From NCBI GenBank assembly GCA_030324005.1, contig JARDVH010000163.1, positions 117,770,851-117,834,850 on the forward strand: DNA of 64,000 nt, given 5' to 3'. The position numbers and the translations under genes were made by a program. The notes beneath the pieces were generated by a model. It ran no database searches. It saw only the letters and a program-made list of their open reading frames with translations, and was not told where the DNA came from. This document shows, one piece after another, positions 26,801-38,800 of the stretch. Every line of letters begins with the position of its first letter. Position 1 is the stretch's first letter. The DNA comes from Negaprion brevirostris. Taxonomy: Eukaryota.

Positions 26801-29800
26801 TTCTTGTGCTGTGGTTCTTTGTCCTTTGTCACATTTTGTTTAAACTCCCAAAATAATTAATTCAAAAGTTTGTTATTACATTAAAAGTCTTCCTGTAATT
26901 GAAAGAAATTTTGAAAAAGAGCTTTGATGTGTTGCAGCTTTCTTTACAGTATGAAATAAATTATTTTGTAATAGTCCTATTATTTTGGAAGGAATGTTAG
27001 AGATAATTAAGGAGGCAGAAGGAGTGATGAGTTGTAGGATTGTGAGATCTTGTAAGGATGCTCAAAAGAGGAAACTTGGTGAATGGGACAGAGTAGTGAT
27101 GAATGGAGAGGGAAGTGGGCTGTTGATGCTTGGAAGAAGGATAGTGCTGAGTATGGTGTTGGGAGTATTGAGAAGTCTAGGTGTTTGAACTGAGTTTGAA
27201 TTTTGACAATTTATCTTGCAAGGAAAGCAAGTGCTGGGTAGGCATATATGTAACAACAAGAAACATGAGATATTGTTTTTGCTCCTTGTTATCGCTATTT
27301 TATAATTGAAAACTTGTCCTTGATGTTGCTACTCAAACTATCTGCAATAGCATTAAATTGATGTCTTTTCTTCTGTATAGTTATGCAGTGCTCTTGCTTC
27401 TCCCAATCTGAAACTAATGTGTTTATTTCCCTTTGCAGCATCTCTATAATCTCATTCATTTGGATTTGTCGTACAACAAAATCAAAGTATTGCAAGGTGT
27501 TCATACAAAGCTTGGAAACATTAAAACTTTAAATTTGTCAGGAAACCAATTGGAAAGTCTGTCAGGTCTTAACAAACTTTACTCGCTGGTAAACTTGGAC
27601 CTCAGCAATAACAAAGTATTGCAGGTAATTTTTACATGCTTGTTTATTGTGTAAATTTACAATTAGATGATCTTACAAAATGTTTATAAAAAATGTGGTT
27701 AGACTTCCACTGTATGTTGTCCATTCTGGGCACCATATCATTAGAAAGGATGTCAAGGCTTTGGAGAGGATGCAGAAGAGATTTATTAGAATCCTACTGG
27801 AGAAAGTGGCATTGGTTGCATGGCAAAATCAGTGTAACTTGCTCTAGAAATGAAAAATTCCAAATAAATTATACAGGGGCCTTGTAAATCGTCCTGGGGT
27901 GGTTGCTATTAACTAGAAACTGGTCTAGATTAGCCATATGAATACTGTGGCTACAAAATCAGTCAGAGGCTAGAAATCCTGAGGTGAGTAACTCGCCAGT
28001 TGCCATCATCAAGGAGGCTCAAGTCAGATATGATGGAATACTCTTCACTTGTTTGGAAGAATGCAGCTCCAGTAGCACTCAAGATAGATACTCCATGCCA
28101 TCCAGGACAGTCCACCCTGCTTGATTGGAACCCCTTACACAAACATTCACTCCCTCCATTACCAGGCACAGTGGCAGCAGCGTGTACCATTTACAAGATG
28201 CACTATAGGCATTCACCAAGGCTCCTTGTGCAGCACCTTTTGAAACCCATGATTGCTACCACCTAGAAGGATTAGGGCAGCAGACACTTGGGAACACCTG
28301 GAAGTTCCCCTCCCACTTGCCATCCTGACTTGGAAATGTATCGCTGTTCCTTTATTGTCACTGGGTCAGTATCCTGTCAGTTCCTCCCTAACAGCACTGT
28401 GGGTGTATCTACACCACAGCGACTGCACTAATTCAAGAACTCAGCTAACTACCATCTTCTTGGACAAATGGGGATGGACAATAAATGCTGGCCTTATCCT
28501 GTGAATGAAAAGAAAACAAAATGTGATATCAAGACACACAGCAGATACTTGGTCAGATGATTATAGCTTGATCAAAGAGCTAGGTTTTAAGGAGTGCCTA
28601 AAAGGAGGAAAGAGATGTAATGAGGAAATTCCAGAACTTGGCACCAAGGCAACTGCTGAAGGCATGGCAGCCAATGGTGAAGTGATCAAATTTGGGATTG
28701 CTAAAGAGACCAAAATTACATGAGTTCAAATATCTTGGAGGGTTGTGTGTCTGGAGGAGATTAGAAATATAGAGAGATGAAACCTTGAAGGAACTTGAAA
28801 CCAAAGAGAACTTAAAAATTAAGATACTGTACAAGTGGTAGCCAAAGCCAGCGTGATATATGGACAGAACAAGTTAAGACATGGACAGAATTTGAATAAC
28901 CTCAAGTTTTTTGGGTGGAGATTATGGGAGGCCAGCCAGTAGTGCAATGTAATACTCTAGTGTGGAAGTTACAGCAGATGAGCTGAGAGGTGAAACTGGG
29001 TAATATTATTATGATGGAGAAAGTTGCTTATAGTGAAAATGTACATATGAGGTCCGAAGCATCACTGGTACAATGGTGTAAGTGGTTGGAGATATAGCTA
29101 GGGGAGAGAGATTTTATTAGGGGAATAGGTGGCACCGATCCTCAGTCTAGTTTCTGTTAAGATCATGAAGTTGATGCAGTCACCCACAATAAGTTTATGG
29201 ATGGGTAGGGGCCTTGTTTACAGGTAAACTGCCATTCTGGAGTGAGGGGTGGTGATTGCTGATCATCAGTGGAAGGGATGAGTTGGGTGAAGGAAATTGT
29301 CAAGATAAAACCCCAGTGGGCACATTGGACAGGAAGTCAAGGAAGTGGGATGGGACAGTTAGGATTTGTGCTTGTAATGAGCCTGTGCCAGTTTTCAATC
29401 CATGCTAACACATTTCCTCCAATTCCATGGGCTTTTACTTTACTTGTCAGATGCCCTTTTGAAGTCTAAGTACATTACGTCTACAGGTTTCCCTCTATCT
29501 TCTCTCCTTGTTACATCCTCAAAGAATTCAGGCAAATTTGTCAAACATAATTGATCTTTCATAAAGCAATGTTGACTAGGTTTGATTGTGTTCAGAGTTA
29601 GGTGGATTTGGGCAGGTTTGATTGTGTTGGAGCTTAAATAGCAGAGGTTTTGGAACAAAAGGTCAGAGTTGAAAAGAAGCAAAATATTGGTGCAGGGAAG
29701 GTGTTAATAGAAGAATTGCAGCTCTGACTTAAAGCAAAAACCTGAGAACAAGATGCAGATGGACACTTTTTTGGAGGAGGGGTGAAGAGGAGGCATCAAG

Positions 29801-32800
29801 ATGGAGATCAGAGTTCATTGTCTAAAGTTGTTGAAATTAAAGTCTGTCCTACAGAGAGAAAATGGCAGTTAGTTTAGTGAAATCAGTGGTGTTTTCTCAG
29901 TAGTTCAGCAAACCTGTAAACTTTCTTTCCTTCGTGGCCTTTGGTTTTTGGTTCCTAGTTGACCTGCATCTTACAAATTATTTTTATTTATATAGTTCAC
30001 AACTAGTTTTGACAGATGACATAAATTTTACAGTAATTGCATCAGTTACCATAAATTGGCAGCATATTTGATAATTTTCACCTGAATTCTCTGATGACTT
30101 ACTTGCTGGAAAATCATGCAGTGTTCTGTCCAGTTACCAGAGACATTAAGGGGAAATCCTTGGCCACCGTTGTATTAAATTCAGCCCTATTATGTTTTGC
30201 ATTACCAAAACCGCTCTCCTGTTCAATTACTAAATTTAGACTTGTCCATGTGGTATTCATGCACCGTATTTTCTATACCTGTATTGTTTTGTGGAGCTTG
30301 GTGCATGTATGTGCTCAACCAACATAAGCTTGGCTGCCCAGAGCAAATAAATGCATTTCTATAGAAAGTACAACCTATCCTGATGTAAATGAACTTTTTT
30401 AGATTGAAGAAATCCGAAACATTGGGAATTTGCCATGCCTCGAGAAGGTCGTTCTGAGTAACAACCCTCTGAGCATTATTCCTGATTATAGAACAAAGGT
30501 GCTTGCACAGTTTGGAGATCGAGCCTCCGAGGTAAGATTGCAATAGTCGTCATTGCGTGAATGAAATAGGAAATGTGGAATGTTTTAGAAGCTACTTTCC
30601 ATTGTTATTTATGGACCATCCTGTTGAGATGGCTGTAAAACATTGAATATTATAATTTAAGTATTATTATAACTATTTAAATCTTAACATGCATTAGTTT
30701 CTGTAAACAATGATTTGGAAAAATGCATTTATTAAAACGTCATTCTTGTGTAATTTTGTCTTTTAATGAAATTTATTGTAAACCATTTTTACCATGTATT
30801 TTATTTTGTAGTAGCTGGAGTTTTTATTATGTAGGGTTGATCAGTTTTGAGGGACTGAAACCAAGAGTACTTGGATGAAGTAACATGGCATTGTAATCTA
30901 ATCAAATGACATTTGAGATCTCAGAACTTTTTTTGGTATATAATTTATTGAACTTGGTTGCTGGTTCAGGAGCTTTTATACACTTGCTTCTGATCCTTCA
31001 TTTGAGGGTGCAATTCCTTTCCTTGGACAGAAAATTAAATAGAAAATTTTGGGTTTTCAGTAACATTTCCAAGCCTGTAGTACCGTGAAATACTGTCGGA
31101 AGTTCTCCCAAGAGTGACTTGCTTTTGTGCGTCATCTAGGTCTGTTTGGATAATACTGTTACAACAGAAAAGGAACTTGATACAGTTGAGGTGCTAAAGG
31201 CAATTCAGAAAGCCAAAGAAGCAAAAGATCGAATGAATAGTACAGATAAAAAGGTGAGACTGTAGTAATAAAATTTGTTTCGAAGTTCAACAACTTAATT
31301 ACTTTGGTATTTAGTGTTTTTGTCCAATACTGAGTTCCATCCACTATAAAGATTAGGATCCATGCCACAGGGATATCCTGAACTACATCGTGAATTTTAC
31401 TTTCCCTCCCTGATGCTCTCCCTTGTTGGTGGATAATCAGCATGGGATGTCTTGGTGGATTTGCTATTCCTCAGTTTGAAGTTACCTAGGAAGCAATCTA
31501 ATTGTTTTTTTAAGTTGTATTTGGGTGTCTATAATCTAAGCTACAGCTCTCTATAAATAATGACATTTATCTAAAAAATGCTTTTGATGGGAGGGAGGAC
31601 TTGTTTCAGGATGTATTAGCTCTCTTTATTCTTGCTAAAATTAGTACTCTGCCAAGTTTAAGTTGCAGAGTCATTGTGTGTTTTCTTAAATAATTACATT
31701 TTTTTGTTAGATCAGTGAGGAAGCGAGACTCGCTGCTCCAGGGTCCAAACCCAGCTGCTTTTCTTATGCTGCTTGTCCTTCCTCTCCTCTGCTGCACCAT
31801 GCTGCCAGCTCCAGCCAAGGTAATCATGTATGTATCGGGCTGCTGGTGTGGGCCATTTCTAGTTCAAGTGCTTGCTTGTCTGCATTTATGTGCTTGCATG
31901 CGTAAAAGGGATAGACCACTGCCACTTATAACTTGTGTACAAAATCAGTTATTGTACCAAATACTTCTAAGTTCCTTTTGAAAGCTAGGTGGATTGATGG
32001 ATAGCTAAAAATTCTAGAATTTTCTAGAAATGTGATCCCTTTCCACCTGTCACTCAGCAGTTTATAAATGAGCTTGCTGAGTAGATGGAGTTTTTAGTGC
32101 CTTTAATACCTAAAATGATTGATGTATCATTTTTGGAGACTTTACTATTTTTCAAGTAGCTCAACTTTTAACCCCTTGTAAAACATGCATGGCAAGCAGG
32201 TAAGTATGTAACCTTTTATAACTCTGCTCTAAACGTGTGACTCGAAAGCTAATTTATCCTGCAACCTGTTGTTGTATGTCCGTTACCTGGATCTTTTAAA
32301 GCTCTAAATGCACTTGTCTCAGCAAGGATTTAGGATTATTTTTGTAGCTGAACTTTTATTACTATGGTACTATTAAGCTAAACCAGCTTTTTCGCATGAA
32401 TGTAAGATTCAACTGAAATGTCATCAGAATGATGTTTTCCACATATCGCATTTTAAGATTTAAGGTTCATTAGGTTAACCCAATGACCATTTGCTTAATA
32501 TATGACTTCTTTAATGTAAGCTCAGCTTGGAGTAGCTGTTAGAATGACTTTAATGGTGTTAATCAATACTTTGTATCCACAATTGGTAAATCATAGAGCT
32601 GCAGTATGGCCTGTGGTTAAGGGTTTGGCTTTTGTCAAACTTGAGTCAAGCAGGCAGAATGTCTGCAGAAAACTGGAAAAGAATATCAACACAGTGGGAG
32701 TGAACCCTTTGAGTAAGACTTGTGTAATTAGTTTAAGATTTCCTAGTTGAAAAAAAATTTAGAATCATGAGGGGAAGTGGTGGTGTAGTGGTATAGTTGC

Positions 32801-35800
32801 TGGATGAATAATCAAAAGGCCTAAGTTAATGTTCTGGGGACATGGGTTCAGACTCCACTAGCTGCTGTAGATATCCCACAGCAGCTAGTGGTATTTGAAT
32901 TCAGTTAATGAATCTGGAATATAAAGCTGTTCTCAGTGACGGTAACTATGAAACTATTGTTGATTGTCAGAAAACCCATCAAGTTTGCTGATGTCTTCAG
33001 GGAAGGAAATTGCCCTCCATGACTCTAGACTCCAGACTCTCAGAAATGTGGTTGACTCTAAATTACCCTCTGAAATAGCCCAGCAAGCTATTCAGTTCAA
33101 AGGAAATTTGGGGATAGGCAACAAATGCTTGCCTTGCCAAAGATGACACCCATGTCCCGTGAAATCATAAAGAAAAAAATCATAAGGTCCATGTTGGAGC
33201 CATTTGATCTGTTGTACCTGTGACAGGTTTCCCAATAGTCCTGCACTTTTTATTTTTCAAAGAAGATATAACCAATTTCCTTAGCTTTGACTATTCTTTC
33301 AGGCAGTGCATTTCAGTTCATAACATCTCATTGCCGTACCTTGCCAATTGCCTATACCTGTAGTATCTGGTTACTGCCTCTATCAGAGGTACTTCTCTCT
33401 CCTACTCTTTTATAAAATTGAATGCCTCTATTATGTCTTTCCTTAACTTTCTAGAAACATAGACAATTTAAGGAACGATTGTTTATCCATCATGTCAGTT
33501 ACATCTGATTAGAGCTGTGTGGCATAATCTTATTTTCTAGCTATTGACCCATAGCTCTGTGAGTTAGGGATGTTTGAGTGCATGTCCAGTTGTTTTTTTA
33601 AATGTGATGAGGGTTTCACCCTGTACCACTATTTCAGATCCCAATTACCTGCAGTTCATCTACCAGTTACTTTAAAGCTATGTGCCTGGTTATTGACCCC
33701 TCTGTTAAGTGAAATTGGTCCTTACTATCCATTGTGTCCAGCCCCTAATAATTTTAAACACCTCAAATGGATCTCTCTTTAGTGTCCTGTGTTTCAACAA
33801 AAACATAGCAGCCAATTTTTGCTTATCGTTAGAATTCTTCATTCTTGGCCACATGCTTGTAAAGCTCCATTGTACTCTACCTAGATGTAATCACCTTCTT
33901 ACACTAACCAGTATTTTCTATTGTTGTAGCATAACATCCCTGCCCTTTCACTTTGTCTTGGCCACTAATGGATGCCTTCTTAAGTACTTTAGCTATCTGC
34001 CTTGCTACCTTCAGGAATCTGTGGACACGAACTCTAAGGTCTCTCTGTTCCTCTAACATCATTTCAATATCCTACAATTCGTCACCCTGGTCTAGTTTGC
34101 CATTTCCAAATGCATTACCCTCACATTTCTTTGGAATTTTATTTGGCATTTTCTGCTGATCTGACCAGCCCACTGATCTTCCTGCAGTCTTCAACTTTCT
34201 TCCTCACTATAGCCAATAATCATACCTTCTGCAAACTTCTTAATTGTTTCCTACATTTGAGTCTTAAATTATTGATCTACATCCTGAACAGCCAGGGACT
34301 CAGAACTGAATCCTGTATAATCCCACTGGAAACAACCTTTCACTCACTCGTGTGCACACGCACTCACATGTGCCAATGAGTGTTGAATCCTTGGAAGTAT
34401 TGTCATTTAGGCAAGACGTTAAACCGTGGCCCCTCTGTCCTTTGAAGTCAATGTAATATATCCCACAGCACTATTTCAAAGAAGCATAAGGGAGTTATCT
34501 TCACTGTCCTAGCCAATATTCAACCCTCAAACAACATCGCAAACAAAAAAAATCTGGTTGTTATCACAGTGATGTGTGTGGGAGCTTGCTGTGCACAAAT
34601 TTGCTGCTGTGTTCCCTACATTACAACAGTGACTACTCAAAAGTATTTCACTAGCTTTCAGTGATTGTGAAAAGTACTCTTCAAACGTAAAACTTGCATT
34701 TTTTTTTGAGTTTGATAACTACAGACACGCACCATAATAGTGCTCAGTAAGATGGCAAACACTTGTAACTTATTAAAAAGTGTTTTTTGTTCTTGACCAT
34801 TGTTAAACTGCATAGTCATCTACTATGTAGAGCCATTGTTGTAGTTTTCATTCCAGTTTTAAATTACACTACCAAGCTTAAATTCATTTGAATGTCTTAA
34901 TACAGACAGTTCTTCTGTGGCTGTGAAGGTTATAGGACATTACTGTTTTTGCATAAGCTAATAAAACTTAAATGTTTGCTTTTTATTGGTAAATGTTGAA
35001 GGTGATGTGACCAAACTCATATTTAGAATTATATTTTCAAAATGCAATAATCCTCTGTAAAATAATAAAAGGAAACATTGATCTTTATTAGCCATGCATC
35101 CAATATGTGATTCCAATTTTGCTATCAATGAATAATTCAGATTTTCATTTTTATTGCAGAAATAGGTACTAAATCAGCCCTACTCAGCAATCTACATCAA
35201 AATGACAGTTTGACTCCTATGACTTCTACAATTACCCAGGGATGCTCCAGCACAGCAAATATGTATGAAATCAAGAGAAAGGTAATATTATTGCATCCAT
35301 TTGAAAGTTGATTGCTGACAGGTAGAAATTGAAAAGCGTTGCAATTACTTTACAGGCTTTTTTTTTTGGTCTTTGATTTGCGCATAAAAGATGCTGGTTA
35401 TATGTATATCTTCTATCTATTAATTGCTCATGAAATCCCTGCACCTCAGGAAGGAAGTATAGGCCTTTGAAGGAGTGGAGTACAGATTCATCAGAAAATA
35501 CTGGGGTGCGAAGGGATATTCCCTTGCATATATGAATTGCAGTCAGATGTTTAAAATTTGGTAGATGGAAGAGAAACTATTTCTTCTGGTGGCGTACTCC
35601 AAACACGGGGGCCCTAAAGTTAGACCTTAAATCAGATTAGGCTGTTTGATTATGATAGGAACCACTTCCTCACAAAAGGGTAGTGGAAATCTGGAACTCT
35701 TCTCACACCCTGCCCCTCTTTCCTCTCCACCCAACCCCCAAAAGATAAACTGTTGATACACAGTGAATTGAAAATTTCAAACTGGGATCAATAGTTTTTT

Positions 35801-38800
35801 TTTGTTATACAGAAGTATTAAGGGATGTGAAACCAAGGTGGATAAGTAGAATTAAGATACAGATCAGTTATAAAAATGGTAGAATATCGAGGACTGAATA
35901 GCCCTAATTATATTCCGATGATTGAGGGCAAGTGAGCTGTTACCTGGTTAGTAACTGGGATGAGTCAGTTTTGTTTTCTCTTCATTCCCTCATCTTTTGA
36001 AGAAGAAAAATCTTTTGCTCAACACCTTTTCTGAAGATGAAGAAATCCTTACAATGAGATGCTGTCCTGTCTGTAGTTTGCTGTGCCAGTGCATCACATT
36101 TCGTTTCACTTTTTAATGGTTACAGTAATTGCAAATCAGCTCAACCTGATTGAAACCATTAGTGGTGAATTTTGTTTACTTTGTCTCACTTCAAGCCAGC
36201 TAGTGACTGTTGCATGCAGTAAAATTTGATTAAAAGCTTGTACTTGTTCAAATTGTGGGACAACTGTGTAAATATTATTGGGTTTCCACAAATGCATCAT
36301 AGTTGTGGATTTGCATGTTTAAACAGATTTGGGATTAGGTCGAGATGATTGTATTCACAATCAATGATTTTCAGTGATTTAAAATTAGAAGCATTGGTCA
36401 GTTGTGCTTCTGCTGGCTCTCTGGTGGAGCTAATTACTTAACATAGCCCTTTTTTTTTCTATACCTTCCAGATATTTATCCTCTTCCCTTTTTAAAAACT
36501 CTTCTACCACTTTTTCTTATAAAGGCATTTAATTTCCTAACAGCACGTTATATTGTATAAAATATTTAATCTTTCCCTTCATTCATTTGTTGCTGATCTT
36601 GCAATTACTGCCCTATTGTTATGGGTTATGAAATAAGAGAGAGTTTCCCCTACTTACATTATCGAAGCCCTATACGATTATCACACCTGTCAGATGTCCA
36701 ATTAGCCTTCTCTGCTTTTTAAAAAAAAGCTAAGTTTCTCAACCAGAACCTCATTGCTAAAATGATATCAAGAATCTCTGCATCTTCTCCATGATCTTTG
36801 AAACCTTTCCTAAAGTCATGAGCACAAAACTTGACAGAGAATGATTTGTCTCAATTTAGTTACATCTCTTTGCTTTTGACCTCTGTTCTGATTTATATTT
36901 TATAATATGGTCAGTTGTGCCTCTGCAGGCTCTCTAGTGGAGCTAGTTATATTTTATAAACTTGATAACTTACTTATTTATTTTATTGGCATGTCCATTC
37001 TATAAACTTGATAAAACATTATTTTCGTTATTTTGGGATAACACTTTCTTAGTTTGAACCGATTCAAGTTCAGAAAATTTTGCNNNNNNNNNNATTTTTC
37101 AATTTTGATTTTTTTAGAAATTTAATTTATTAGTTATGTAATAATTAATAAACGAGAGTATTATATATCAGATAAGATGGATAATTCTGTTAATCAGATT
37201 CCTTTCCTGCACTTTTGTCAAAATTGGCAGTGATAACCATTTGCAACTACCCAGCCAAATGATTGATTGGCATGTATAATATACAACTATGTACATCACT
37301 GGAGTATATTAGCCTATGTCTGCGCTTTCTACTTTCCCATATGAGTGAATCTCAGAGCAAATTAATTAGAGAGCCTCTCAAACACTTCCTTAGCTCTCTT
37401 CAGTAGAGAAGAATACATTGGAAGAAGTAGGGAGGGTGGTTGAGGAAAATAATAAATGCAAATTAATTTTGTTTTAATTGAATCTTAATTGGAATCCAAA
37501 TTTTGAAATCAGGTTAAATTTTCATTTGTTTGAATTTCATTTAAGGTTGCAAATCAGGAGATAAATCCTGAGAAGGAAACACTTGGAGAATGTCCTGACT
37601 ACCCACATGTGAGGTATGGCATTCCTGTGCTGCTGTAAGTATCAGTAAATTATTATGAATAGGAGTGATGTAGTTCCTGGATCTGGTAAAAATGGGNNNN
37701 NNNNNNNNNNNNNNNNNNNNNNNNNNNNNNNNNNNNNNNNNNNNNNNNNNNNNNNNNNNNNNNNNNNNNNNNNNNNNNNNNNNNNNNNNNNNNNNNNNNN
37801 NNNNNNNNNNNNNNNNNNNNNCATGTTTCTTTGCTGAAATTTCTGTTTTCATCCCAATTAACATTGCAAGCAGTGTTGAGAATCTAATGATAACCAGTGT
37901 AGCATGGTATACCAGTTAACAGGTGGCACAGTGGTTAGCGTTGCTGCCTTACAGCACCAGGGACCTGGGTTCAGTTCCTGGCTTGGGTCACTGTCTGTGT
38001 GGAGTCTGCATGTTCTCCTAGTGTCTGCGTGAGTTTCTTCCAGATACTGCAGTTTCCTCCCACAGTCAGGAAGGTGTGCTGGTTAGGTTCATTGGCCATG
38101 CTAAATTCTCTCTCTGTATACCCAAATGGCCACCGGAGTGTGTCAACTGGGGGATTTTCATAGTAACTTCACTGTGTTAATGTAGAGCTACTTGTGACAC
38201 TAATAAATAAAATTTGAACTACATTGTGTATCAAGCCTTTCTTAGTAATACTTGTTTATTTTGGACTAACGGCTGTGACTTGTGGAGACTATTTGAAAGA
38301 GCATTGACAAAGACAATCAGAAATGGAAAGTTCAGCCTGCTGAATAGAAGGCCCAGAGAAGACTCAGGCCAACAAGTCATGCATCTTCTCAGACCGTTTT
38401 CCTCCTTTACAGCAAATGTAGCAGAAATGCAGTGCCAGGGTGGGGCTCCTGAGCCACACTAGATGTTGCTTCACAGTGTTGATAACCATGGCGCAAACCA
38501 TTATCTCACAAAACAAAATGGTGTCATTAACTTTGGACTATGTGTGAAAGTGTAGCATCTTTAGCTTTTGAATATATTGTTGACACAGGGTTAATGTCTT
38601 TTTAAAATACAATTGAAACCCTGTTTTCAAAGTAAGGCTGAAGTCCATTACTGGAGGGTGAGCTGGGAGGAGGATGCAGAGATACTTGCTGTGTGAGTGG
38701 AAATGTACATGGCAGATGCAGTATAATATGGATATATATGAGGTTATCAATTTTTATAGCAAAATTAGGAAGACAGATTATTATTTGAACGGGTGTAAGT

